Source: Candidatus Methanophagales archaeon (GTDB lineage Archaea; Halobacteriota; Syntropharchaeia; Alkanophagales; Methanospirareceae). Taken from it: a stretch of 43,863 nt of DNA. Position 1 is the stretch's first letter; each line of letters begins with the position of its first letter. The notes beneath the pieces are model-generated. The model made no database searches and had not been told where the DNA came from. It saw only the letters and a program-made list of their open reading frames with translations. The stretch covers positions 1 to 43,863 of the forward strand of contig JAPWVK010000094.1 of the NCBI GenBank assembly GCA_029241965.1. Direction: 5' to 3'. Of this stretch, positions 35,543 to 43,863 are shown piece after piece. The position numbers and the translations under genes were made by a program.

Positions 35543-37381
35543 TTAATCCGCCTCATCCACCACTTTATATTCCGCATCTGCAGCGCCAGGCTCTCCTTCT
35601 CCTTTTGGACCTTCTCGTTGTTGATACTGTGCTCCGGCTTGTTGATATGCTCGCGTTGAGATCTCGTGGAATGCACGTGTCAGTTCTTCCATATCCGCCC
35701 GTATTTTCTGGACATCTTCGCTCTTTAGCGTCTCCTTCAGTCGTTCTGTAATAGCATTTATTCGCACCCGTTCGTCACTCGTGACTTTATCGCCCAAATC
35801 CGTAAGTGCTTTTTCAGTGGTATATACAAGACTCTCCGCCTGATTCTTCGTTTCTATAGTCTCACGGCGTCTTTTATCCTCCTCTTCAAACCGCGTTGCA
35901 TCATTAACCATCCGGTCTATCTCACTCTGCGATAATTTTGTAGAGGCGGTGATCGTAATCGCCTGCTGCTTTCCTGTGCCCATGTCCTTGGCTGTGGCAC
36001 TCAATATACCGTTGGAATCTATGTCGAAAGTAACCTCGATTTGAGGCACACCCCTTGGTGCTGGCAGAATATCCATCAGATGGAACCGCCCCAGAGATGT
36101 GTTATCGCGTGCAAATTCGCGTTCACCTTGCAGGACATTTATCTCTACACTCGTTTGATTATCGGCAGCAGTCGAAAATGTTTCGCTCTTCTTCGTGGGA
36201 ATCGTGGTGTTCCTCTCTATCAATTTGGTGAATACGCCGCCCAGGGTCTCAATACCAAGCGATAGTGGCGTAACGTCCAGCAGCAGCACATCCTTCACTT
36301 CGCCCGTGAGTACGCCTGCTTGTATTGCAGCACCCATAGCCACGCATTCCATCGGGTCAACGCCTCGCTCGCCTTTTACACCCACGTAATCCTCGATGAA
36401 GTTCTGCACTATCGGCATCCTTGTCGGACCACCGACGAATATGATCTTGGAGACGTCACGTGGAGCGAGTTTAGCATCTTCTAAAGCTCTGTCTATTGAC
36501 GTTTTGCATTTATCTACTATGGGCCGCACGAGTTCCTCTAATTTCGCCCTCGTGAGCTTCATTACGAGATGCTTCGGACCCGAAGCGTCTGCAGTGATAA
36601 ACGGCAGGTTTATATCGGTCTCAAGCACATTAGAAAGCTCTATCTTCGCCTTCTCTCCCGCCTCCCGCAGTCTTTGCAACGCCATGCTATCATTCCTTAC
36701 GTCTATTCCCGATTGTTTCTTGAACTCTTCTGCCACGCAATCCACGATTGCGTTATCCATGTCCGTACCACCCAATTCGGTATCGCCACTCGTGGATATG
36801 ACCTCAAATACACCTTCACTAAACTCCATTATCGTTACGTCCAGCGTACCACCACCGAAATCGAATACCAGAATCTTCTGCTCCGTCTCCGTCTTATCAA
36901 TGCCATAAGCCAGCGCCGCGGCTGTTGGTTCGTTTATTATTCTGACGACTTCCAAACCCGCAATTGCACCTGCATCCTTCGTCGCAGTCCGCTGGTTGTC
37001 ATTGAAGTATGCCGGCACCGTTAAAACCGCTTTGTCAACTTTATCACCCAAAAACGCTTCCGCGTCGCGTTTTATCTTTTGAAGAATGAATGCGGTTATT
37101 TGCTGCGGCGTGTATTCCCTGCCATGAACCTTTACCTTATAGTCCGTGCCCATCTTCCGCTTGATTGTCATCACCGTTCCTTCGGGATTGGACACCGCCT
37201 GCCGTTTCGCGGGTTCACCAACCAGCATCTGCCCGTCTTTCGTGAATGCCACATACGATGGGAACGCTTTGCCGCCGAGACTCGTCCCCTCTGCGCTTGG
37301 AATTATCGTGGACTTGCCGCCTATCAATGCAGCCGCCGCGGAATTGCTCGTTCCTACATCTATACCTATTGTTTTTGCCAT
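35543..37381 (-). CDS. dnaK: Molecular chaperone DnaK (Hsp70)
   Basis: [22 protein letters not shown]-type motif ([12 protein letters not shown]), VGGPTRMP, and a C-terminal lid. Thermoplasma-like N-terminal sequence ([23 protein letters not shown]). Confidence 0.97.
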   Translation of the reverse strand: MAKTIGIDVGTSNSAAAALIGGKSTIIPSAEGTSLGGKAFPSYVAFTKDGQMLVGEPAKRQAVSNPEGTVMTIKRKMGTDYKVKVHGREYTPQQITAFILQKIKRDAEAFLGDKVDKAVLTVPAYFNDNQRTATKDAGAIAGLEVVRIINEPTAAALAYGIDKTETEQKILVFDFGGGTLDVTIMEFSEGVFEVISTSGDTELGGTDMDNAIVDCVAEEFKKQSGIDVRNDSMALQRLREAGEKAKIELSNVLETDINLPFITADASGPKHLVMKLTRAKLEELVRPIVDKCKTSIDRALEDAKLAPRDVSKIIFVGGPTRMPIVQNFIEDYVGVKGERGVDPMECVAMGAAIQAGVLTGEVKDVLLLDVTPLSLGIETLGGVFTKLIERNTTIPTKKSETFSTAADNQTSVEINVLQGEREFARDNTSLGRFHLMDILPAPRGVPQIEVTFDIDSNGILSATAKDMGTGKQQAITITASTKLSQSEIDRMVNDATRFEEEDKRRRETIETKNQAESLVYTTEKALTDLGDKVTSDERVRINAITERLKETLKSEDVQKIRADMEELTRAFHEISTRAYQQAGAQYQQREGPKGEGEPGAADAEYKVVDEAD

Positions 37382-37494
37382 CTTTTAACCCTCCAAATTT
37401 ATTTATATAGTGGTTTTATTCTTTATAAAATTATCCTCTTGCTCGAATTTCTACATTTCTGTAATTATATACCAATAATCGGACTTCTCCCTCT

Positions 37495-38085
37495 TCACTC
37501 ATCTTCTTCCTCTTCCGTCGGTGACTGCCTTTTAACCTTAGAAACTTTCACCTTCGACGTTCTTATCACTTTCGAGCCCAGCACATACCCTTTCTCAAGC
37601 TCTTCTACAATTGTATCCTCTGGAAGCTCGTCATCTAAGACCGTCAATAGCACTTCATGTTTATAGGGATCAAACTTCTCGCCTACTGCTTTTATCGGTT
37701 TTAACCCTTCTTTGCCCAGCACTTCCACTAAATTAGCATATATCAACTCAATTCCTTTTACAAAGGACGGGTCTGCCTCATTCTGTTTCGCAGATGCAAT
37801 AGCTGCCTCGAGATTGTCAATAATCGGCAACAGGCTCTTTATCTGCTCTTCGGTTGCGTACATCTCATACATTTCCCGTTCGCGGGCAACCATCTTTTTG
37901 TAGTTCTCAAAGTCGGCCTGTAGATATTTCAGGCGTGACAAATAATCATCTGCTAAATTAGTCTTCGCTTCTAAATCCTTCTTCAATTGTGCTACTTCTG
38001 TACTTGTAAGTTCTGCTTCTGCCTCGTCAACTTCATCAGAATCTTCTTTTTCTTCCTGCTCTTCCTTCTTCTGTGCTTCTATCAA
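37495..38085 (-). CDS. grpE: Nucleotide exchange factor GrpE
   Basis: Acidic N-terminus, coiled coil (DDYLSRLKYLQADFENYKK) and a C-terminal beta domain (GEKFDPYKHEVL...VLGSKVIRTSKVKV). TTG start with AAGGAGG 7 nt upstream. First gene of grpE-dnaK-dnaJ. Confidence 0.9.
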   Translation of the reverse strand: MIEAQKKEEQEEKEDSDEVDEAEAELTSTEVAQLKKDLEAKTNLADDYLSRLKYLQADFENYKKMVAREREMYEMYATEEQIKSLLPIIDNLEAAIASAKQNEADPSFVKGIELIYANLVEVLGKEGLKPIKAVGEKFDPYKHEVLLTVLDDELPEDTIVEELEKGYVLGSKVIRTSKVKVSKVKRQSPTEEEEDE

Positions 38086-38189
38086 ACTCGGTTCCTCCTT
38101 TTTAGTTTAATTTAGATATGAGATAGAAGAAGCCTCAATTCGATTCATGATATTGCTAAGCGTTTTGTGATCGAAAATATGTTTTTGAT

Positions 38190-38242
38190 ATTTCATCAAA
38201 TAAAATTTCACCTCATCCGGTCTTTAAGTCTTTTGATGAAAT
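38190..38242. promoter_or_regulatory. 11-bp inverted repeat (atttcatcaaa N31 tttgatgaaat) in the grpE/cdhA-like divergent intergenic region
   Basis: Perfect arms at 38190..38200 and 38232..38242. About 105-155 nt upstream of the grpE start, and about 245-295 nt upstream of the cdhA-like start. Confidence 0.35.
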
Positions 38243-38484
38243 TTGTTCTATAAAAATTTTTGAATGTATGAGATTGTTAAATTGAGGGGTAAATGAAGGG
38301 GCACTCACTATATGCTATTACATTAATAGTATGTTGTCGTTTCGGAAGTCGTTTAATTTATGCTCCAAAGAAGAACTTGAAAGTAAATGACAAAAGAAAT
38401 TAAGGATGAAAAGACGCAAATCCAAACCAATAGCAGAAACAGAAAGAACTTGAATATCCAAGAAGATTAAATAACCGAGTCAAG

Positions 38485-41022
38485 ATGCCCGAAGAGGAGA
38501 GAAAGAAAGCGACTAAAAGATTAGTAAAAGTAGGCGAAGTCGAAATCAATCTTGATGATGCAGTGCGTGACCTCAAAGGAGAGGAGATAGAAACCATCGC
38601 CGTGGATATACTGCAGGAGATGGGCGAGCGACGGTTGAAACAGTGGAAGCCCAAGTTGAATATCTACGCACACGCAGCGGACATCGCAGAATGGGACAAG
38701 GTACTTTTAAACCGGTATTATCCGCTATATACAAACCTAAAGACGGAATGTAACGATTGCACGCAGGGTCCTTGTGCTATTAGTCAGAATGAAGGCAAGG
38801 GTTTGTGTGGTCTGGATTTGGCAGAAGCGTATCAAGCGAAGCTAAGCTTGCAAGAGGCTTGTAAAGGATTAGCCACGCAATTAACCGTTGCAAGAGATTT
38901 GTTTGACTTCTCGCTACCGCGATTCGGTGCGAAGATGGCGATAGATATTGGGCGCTCTATCACGTATCCCACGATGAACACGTCTATGCTGACGGGTTTT
39001 TATACACAGAATTTAAGTGACATAGGCAGAGCGTTATTTTATGCAGAATCACAGCTATCCGAGCTGCTTCTATCTGCTTATTTCGGTAACGAAAGCGTAA
39101 TAGAGTTTGAGGAGAAGGCGCTACATGCAGGCTCACTTACGTTCCTCGCAATGGAACTTTCGGAAAGCATAAAGATGTGCTGCTTTGAATTCCTCAATGC
39201 AGGTAAACATTCCGCAACTGAATATTCGGAGTTCCCACCGGTTGAGACCGAGGTTGGTATGGGTGCGGTTGATACAACTAAACCTGTTGTGGTATTTTTT
39301 GGCAATAATTTCCTGCCCGCGTGGTTCGCTGTTGAGTACGTGAAAAAAGAAGGCGTGGAAACCGAGGTAGAAATTTGTGGCGTGGGTGCGGTGGGGCACG
39401 ACATACCGCGGTTTTATAAAAGGGGTAAAGTTCTCACTTCTGGCGTAAAGGCGAGGAAGGTTCTCAGAGCGGGTATTCCCGATGTCATTGTGGTCAGTGA
39501 GTTATGCTCAGGGTTTGATGTACTGACGGACGCGAAGCGGGTGGATGCAAAGGTGATAGCATCTGGATATACCACAATTAAGGGGTTGGAAGACAGGTCT
39601 GAGGATTCTATGGAGAACGTGATGCTGGATATAATAGAGAAGAACTTGCCGGGTGTACGGATAGCCAATCCAGAGAAAGCGGGCGAACTCGCAGTCAAAT
39701 TAGCGGAAGAGATAAAGAAGCGAGGAATAAGGAAAAATACATATTTGTTCTCGGAAGCCGAGCTAAAGACGGAGGCATTGCGATGTAAATCGTGTGACAC
39801 CTGTTTTGAGGTGTGTCCCTGCAGATTGGCAATAAGCAATGCGATGGCAGCCGCAAAAACTAATCTTGAACCGCTTGCGGACGTTTACGAAGATTGTATG
39901 TTCTGTGGTAAGTGCGAAAGCGTATGTCCGGAAGGGATTCGCATACTTGACTTGACCATAAGCGCGGCAGCCATGCTTGGCAGAATAAAGGAAGATAAGT
40001 ATCTTATGCGTGCCGGTAGGGGACCCATGTCCGAGTTGGAATGGCGCGATCTGACTTTCGGGGTTATACTCGGTGGAAACGGTCCCGGAATGGTTAATAT
40101 TATAGGCTGTGGTAATCATCCTGGTTCGGAACGTGAAGTAGTGGATATGACGCGATATTTCCTGGACCGGAACTATCTCGTGTGTGTCTCTGGTTGTGTC
40201 GCTGCGGACGTTGCTAAATATTTCGATACGGAAGAGCAGAAATATTTATTTGAGCAGTACATCGCAGCGGGTGTGTTAAAGGGGCTGGTGAATTTCGGCG
40301 GCTGCACTGCCATGTCGCATGTGCCTTCGGCGATTTATAGGGGCGCACTTGTTGGTAGCGCGTACACACCAAAGGCTAACTGGACGCAGATTGCTGATTA
40401 CCTCTATGCAAGGCTGCCTGTGGTCGTGATAATCTGGGGTGCTGCGACTGAGACGCTGTATTCCGTGGCGTCTGGGCTCGTGAGGTCGGGCATACCGGTT
40501 GTGGTTGGCCCGTCGGGGTTCGAGTTCAAGCGATTTTTCCTGGGTGATAAACAGGACAGGAGCAAGTGGTGGATGTATGATGGTGTCACAGGTGAGCGGA
40601 AAGAGGTTGAGCCCTGCCCCGTGCATATGCTCGTGCCGGTAGAGACGAAAGAGGAGGCGATTGCGATGTGTGCTAAATTGCTACACCGACCTCTTGCGTT
40701 ACGCGACCCGCGATTGGCGAGTTTAGAAGCGGAGAATGAAGCACATAAAGAGTTCTTCGGTGAGTACTCAGACGATTGGCATTTGTATGTGCGGTCCGAA
40801 CAGGAATTGCACGTGATGCGGAGGATGGAGTTGTTGAAGAAGCTGGAAGTGGAGCACGGGTGGGAGATAGAGGGTACGCGGATAAAGAGAGCGCGGCACA
40901 GATCAGGCGAACTGATGGACATGACTGAATATAACGAAAAATACGGGATACAACTGGGTAGGTATTCGACACTCGTGCCGAGGTTGATTACACGTTCTGA
41001 TGAGGATACTAAAAGATTATAG
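38485..41022 (+). CDS. cdhA: CO dehydrogenase/acetyl-CoA synthase alpha (CdhA)-like protein, stand-alone and apparently divergent at C-cluster positions
   Basis: Collinear along its length with archaeal CdhA. N-terminal CNDCTQGPC...GLCGLD. Two ferredoxin-type motifs CKSCDTCFEVCPC and CMFCGKCESVCPEG. IIGCGNHPG, VSGCVAADV and NFGGCTAMSH. C-terminal LKKLEVEHGWEI. No cdhB/C/D/E follow. Confidence 0.75.
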   Translation: MPEEERKKATKRLVKVGEVEINLDDAVRDLKGEEIETIAVDILQEMGERRLKQWKPKLNIYAHAADIAEWDKVLLNRYYPLYTNLKTECNDCTQGPCAISQNEGKGLCGLDLAEAYQAKLSLQEACKGLATQLTVARDLFDFSLPRFGAKMAIDIGRSITYPTMNTSMLTGFYTQNLSDIGRALFYAESQLSELLLSAYFGNESVIEFEEKALHAGSLTFLAMELSESIKMCCFEFLNAGKHSATEYSEFPPVETEVGMGAVDTTKPVVVFFGNNFLPAWFAVEYVKKEGVETEVEICGVGAVGHDIPRFYKRGKVLTSGVKARKVLRAGIPDVIVVSELCSGFDVLTDAKRVDAKVIASGYTTIKGLEDRSEDSMENVMLDIIEKNLPGVRIANPEKAGELAVKLAEEIKKRGIRKNTYLFSEAELKTEALRCKSCDTCFEVCPCRLAISNAMAAAKTNLEPLADVYEDCMFCGKCESVCPEGIRILDLTISAAAMLGRIKEDKYLMRAGRGPMSELEWRDLTFGVILGGNGPGMVNIIGCGNHPGSEREVVDMTRYFLDRNYLVCVSGCVAADVAKYFDTEEQKYLFEQYIAAGVLKGLVNFGGCTAMSHVPSAIYRGALVGSAYTPKANWTQIADYLYARLPVVVIIWGAATETLYSVASGLVRSGIPVVVGPSGFEFKRFFLGDKQDRSKWWMYDGVTGERKEVEPCPVHMLVPVETKEEAIAMCAKLLHRPLALRDPRLASLEAENEAHKEFFGEYSDDWHLYVRSEQELHVMRRMELLKKLEVEHGWEIEGTRIKRARHRSGELMDMTEYNEKYGIQLGRYSTLVPRLITRSDEDTKRL

Positions 41023-41055
41023 CAAGGTTAAGGAGGGTTTTAATAAGTCACCAAT

Positions 41056-41970
41056 TTACATTTGCCCCTTTACTCGAGCGATGTTTCGCTCAGTAATAGC
41101 AATACCTTGTGGACTGCCGTACTCCCGTTTCAACTGCAGCGCCTCCTGATAATGCCCCTGGTCCTCAAATACGATACCAATTGCCTCAAGCGAGATAGCC
41201 ACTTTGACCGGGTCACCAAGCGCTCTACGAATATTTAATGCCTGCTGAAAGCGGTCCAAAGCCTCCTTGAATTGTTCTGCACCAAGCAGCAGCTTGCCAA
41301 TCTCACCCAATGAATCTGCCTGACCTGCCTTATCGCCAATTTGTTTAGAAATAGCAAGGCTTTTGCTGAAATGCGTGAAGGCTTCTTTGGGACGATTCAG
41401 CTTATTCAAGGTCAAGCCAAGTTGATGGAGGAAAGCTGATTCAAACTGCGGATTTGCTAATTCCCGTGCCATCTCCAGTCCCTCTTTCCCCTGTTTCAGT
41501 GCCACGTCATACTTTTTCATCAAAAACAGCAATTGTGCGATGCGGTGGTGGGGGATGGCAACCCCTTCTTTATTACCAATCTCTTCTTCCAAAGCAAGTG
41601 CTTTTTGCGCAAGGCGTAATGCCTGCTCGTATTCACCCCGCTCTTGATAAATCAATGCCTACTGGCCGATTACACTTGCCATCTGTGATTTAGCATCTAT
41701 GTTCCTGAAGATTTCAAGGCATTCCTGATGGGTATCAAGTGCCTCCTGCCATTTGCCTTTAGCATTAAGCAAGCTGGCTAAATTCTCCATAGCAACATAT
41801 TTGTCACCACTTTCAAGCGAATCAATACTTTTCTTGAGTAGCTCTTTTGCCATTTCTCGAAGTCCTTGCATGTACAAAAACAGCACCATTGGAGTAACAA
41901 TCGCTCCAGCCTCTTCATACTCTCTAGCTTCAAACAGGTGATGATGAATCTCAAGCAGAGATGAAACCAT
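41056..41970 (-). pseudogene. TPR (TPR_12-like) repeat protein interrupted by an in-frame TAG at 41659..41661
   Basis: ORFs 41659..41970 and 41056..41655 are in the same frame. The junction reads ...SQMASVIGQ-TAG-ALIYQERGEYEQALRLAQKAL, which is a stop in the middle of a TPR helix. The track Met of the second ORF is a TTG Leu codon. Confidence 0.7.
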
Positions 41971-42109
41971 TGCATCTGCCTTGTTCCGAGTCCACCATCA
42001 AACCAATTATCTAACAAATTTTGAAGATGCTGTTAATCGTAAAACGATTAGCAAATCAGGCACCCCCATAATAACACAGTATATACGTGCTAATAGCTTA
42101 CGCCCTGTC

Positions 42110-42502
42110 CTACGGATTCTCAAGATCTTGAAGGTTCTCAATAGGTTTTCCACTCTCCCAAAGCTTATTAATATATTCTTCTGCTGCTTTTGTATCCTTC
42201 TCGCTAGGAGATTCGGTATATGATGCGAAGACTCTCTTACCTTTATTTGAATGAATTTCAAAGAAGATAAATTCCCTATCGACTATGTATATACGTGGTA
42301 TTGACGGCTGCTCGGTTGCGTAACGAATTTTAAGACCTTTTGACAGAAGTTCTTTGAGGATTTTTTGAGGATTATCCTTGTTTGGTGGCAATATAACCTT
42401 AATCTTAACCCCCTTTTTATGAAGTTCGTTGAGAAATTCTTTGAATTTTGGTTCGCTTTTCGATTCGATTTTCATGTTAACTGACTGCAACTGGCCCAAC
42501 AT
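42110..42502 (-). CDS. Small hypothetical protein (possible TrmB-C/PLD-like fold)
   Basis: 130-aa ORF. The pattern KGVKIKVILPP...KGLKIRYATE...RIYIVDREFIFFE is reminiscent of PLD-like/TrmB C-terminal domains. No HKD motif was seen. Weak call. Confidence 0.35.
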   Translation of the reverse strand: MLGQLQSVNMKIESKSEPKFKEFLNELHKKGVKIKVILPPNKDNPQKILKELLSKGLKIRYATEQPSIPRIYIVDREFIFFEIHSNKGKRVFASYTESPSEKDTKAAEEYINKLWESGKPIENLQDLENP

Positions 42503-42552
42503 TTTTTCCCCTCCATAATCGAAATTTATCTTCTGAAGATTTTACCTATAAC

Positions 42553-43170
42553 TTATTTTTCATACCTTATAAAATGCCAGTTTTTGATCGGATTCATTTG
42601 ATAAACCAAAAAAAGGATTATCAAGATGGAATAAATACAAATACAAGTTACTGAAATCAAAAATAAATATAGTGTAGCATATCCCAAATAGGGCATGGGA
42701 CCTGTTATAATTAATTTTGCTGATAGAGAGTCAAGCCATAACACACCCAATATAATCGTTAAACTTGATGTGATAATTAAAATCAAAAAAGCTATATTTG
42801 CTAACCATAATGCCTGGATGGCTTTAAAGCTCTCTGTGACGTCTTCTGTCTCGCCTTCAATTAATCTTGGGAGAGTTAATTTTTCCCTCTTATCTAAGAG
42901 CATCGGAAGGGCTAATATATAAATAACTACGTATATACCGAGCATCGCACCCATAGTTTGTAAAATTGCCGAAGGTAACCAGCAAGGATTTAATTTGACG
43001 TCTGAAGCTAAGGATTGAGAGAAACTAGGTGTAGGCGTTACCACGGAAGTCGGTGTAAGGCTTGAAATTATGGTAGGCGTGGGTAAGGGTAGTTCTTCTA
43101 TGCTGCCTCCAAATATCGTAACTGTAACAATCGCTACCACTACAAATCCAGTTCCAAGTGTCCTATTCAT
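42553..43170 (-). CDS. Membrane protein of unknown function with an N-terminal anchor and a Pro/Thr/Ser linker
   Basis: N-terminal TM (FVVVAIVTVTIFG), a PTPTIISSLTPTSVVTPTPS linker and four further TM helices. Confidence 0.5.
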   Translation of the reverse strand: MNRTLGTGFVVVAIVTVTIFGGSIEELPLPTPTIISSLTPTSVVTPTPSFSQSLASDVKLNPCWLPSAILQTMGAMLGIYVVIYILALPMLLDKREKLTLPRLIEGETEDVTESFKAIQALWLANIAFLILIITSSLTIILGVLWLDSLSAKLIITGPMPYLGYATLYLFLISVTCICIYSILIILFLVYQMNPIKNWHFIRYEK

Positions 43171-43216
43171 TTTTCATTTCCTTCTATGCACTATTCATTT
43201 GGCATTAATAAAGGTT

Positions 43217-43730
43217 TCATGCATGTTCGGTTAAGTAACCCATCGCTCCATTAACCTCTCTCGTTTGACATTTGGATCGCATCCTTGGCCAGGGTAAATG
43301 TTGTGCAAAGGTAAGCATATCCTGTTTTAGCTCCTGAATTACTCCCATCTCCTTTTCACTATTTAATTCCTGTAGTCTCTTTGGGTTGGATACTACCACT
43401 AAAAGACGTAAAGGCTGTGGGCTTTTGATCGCTGCAAGTTCACCTAACCCAATGGGCTTTCGAGTAAGATATGCCTTACCGGATAATGCGAGAAACTCAT
43501 CTCCATCGTGTAGATATTTTTAAATCATCCTTTCCATCGGTGATAAGATCATGGAAGTGCTTACCCATGCGTTGGATAAATCCAGGCACAACATGTTCAT
43601 CCTTGCGTTGTCCATCTTCTTCCAGATACTTTGTCCCACGCACAAAAAACGGGTCATCTTCGTTGAATGTAAATTCACATCGGAGTATGTCTTGTTGCTG
43701 TGGGTCAAGGATACGACTTTCGTAACCTGA
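43217..43730 (-). pseudogene. Frameshifted, N- and C-terminally truncated gene remnant (C-terminal piece resembles the start of a CHAT-type domain)
   Basis: One minus-strand frame reads ...YESRILDPQQQDILRCEFTFNEDDPFFVRGTKYLEEDGQRKDEHVVPGFIQRMGKHFHDLITDGKDDLKI. After a frame shift near 43505..43525 it reads LHDGDEFLALSGKAYLTRKPIGLGELAAIKSPQPLRLLVVVSNPKRLQELNSEKEMGVIQELKQ...*. There is no in-frame start, and a TAA lies immediately upstream. Confidence 0.5.
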
Positions 43731-43863
43731 ACAGAATTAGATGTGCCACCTACACATCATCGAATGCGCGCTAAAAATCCATTCTTATACAATATTGGTG
43801 CTATTAGACTCATTATTTGCGATATTTTTCAACGGTGAAGTTTATATATGTGTAGGTGTCATA

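Noticed and set aside
36396-36908. 170-aa and 151-aa ORFs on the plus strand inside dnaK, plus similar antisense ORFs at 37079..37666 and 36195..36389
   Set aside because: They lie entirely antisense to a highly conserved dnaK CDS. Their translations are S/T/P/R-rich with no recognisable motifs. This is the classic shadow-ORF artefact.
38400-38654. 84-aa minus-strand ORF overlapping the cdhA-like start
   Set aside because: It is antisense to a Lys/Glu-rich coding start, low in complexity (S/F/L-rich) and has no start context.
1-43863. Looked for CRISPR arrays, tRNA/rRNA genes, and IS or integrase boundaries
   Set aside because: I saw no regularly spaced direct repeats, no T-loop/acceptor-stem candidates in the intergenic regions, and no transposase or integrase-like ORFs. 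The RT fragment at the left edge is the only mobile-element signature.

Overview
This is an archaeal (euryarchaeote-type) chromosomal segment, called from the following evidence. There is a complete archaellum operon, arlB-arlD/E-arlF-arlG-arlH-arlI-arlJ, at 8220..14969. TFB, a roughly 315-nt archaeal SRP (7S) RNA, a grpE-dnaK-dnaJ operon, TrkH and a CdhA-like CO dehydrogenase subunit are also present. Shine-Dalgarno-like GGAGG motifs and overlapping stop/start codons are frequent.

Layout from left to right:
(1) A group II intron-type RT fragment at the left edge.
(2) A surface-protein pair: an S-layer-like glycoprotein and a membrane-anchored tandem OB-fold protein.
(3) A second type IV-filament engine, made of a FlaI/PilB-like ATPase plus two half-size FlaJ/TadBC-like platform genes, with no pilin gene visible.
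(4) The archaellum operon. It is followed by an acidic protein, a REC-winged-helix regulator and a small wHTH protein instead of che genes.
(5) A dense two-component island with five REC domains, PAS/GAF/Cache sensors and one frameshifted kinase.
(6) Membrane and surface proteins, including PEGA and thrombospondin-type-3-repeat proteins. Two have PGF-CTERM-like tails.
(7) Housekeeping genes: trkH, SRP RNA, tfb, an ADP-ribosylglycohydrolase, an ArsR-type regulator and the hsp70 operon.
(8) An orphan, apparently active-site-divergent CdhA paralogue.
(9) A decaying right end: a TPR gene with an in-frame TAG and a frameshifted gene remnant.

I saw no CRISPR array, tRNA or rRNA. The most system-like candidates are the pilin-less ATPase/split-platform locus with its adjacent OB-fold surface protein, and the REC-wHTH module attached to the end of the archaellum operon. 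All functional assignments come from motif recognition by eye, and no searches were run.
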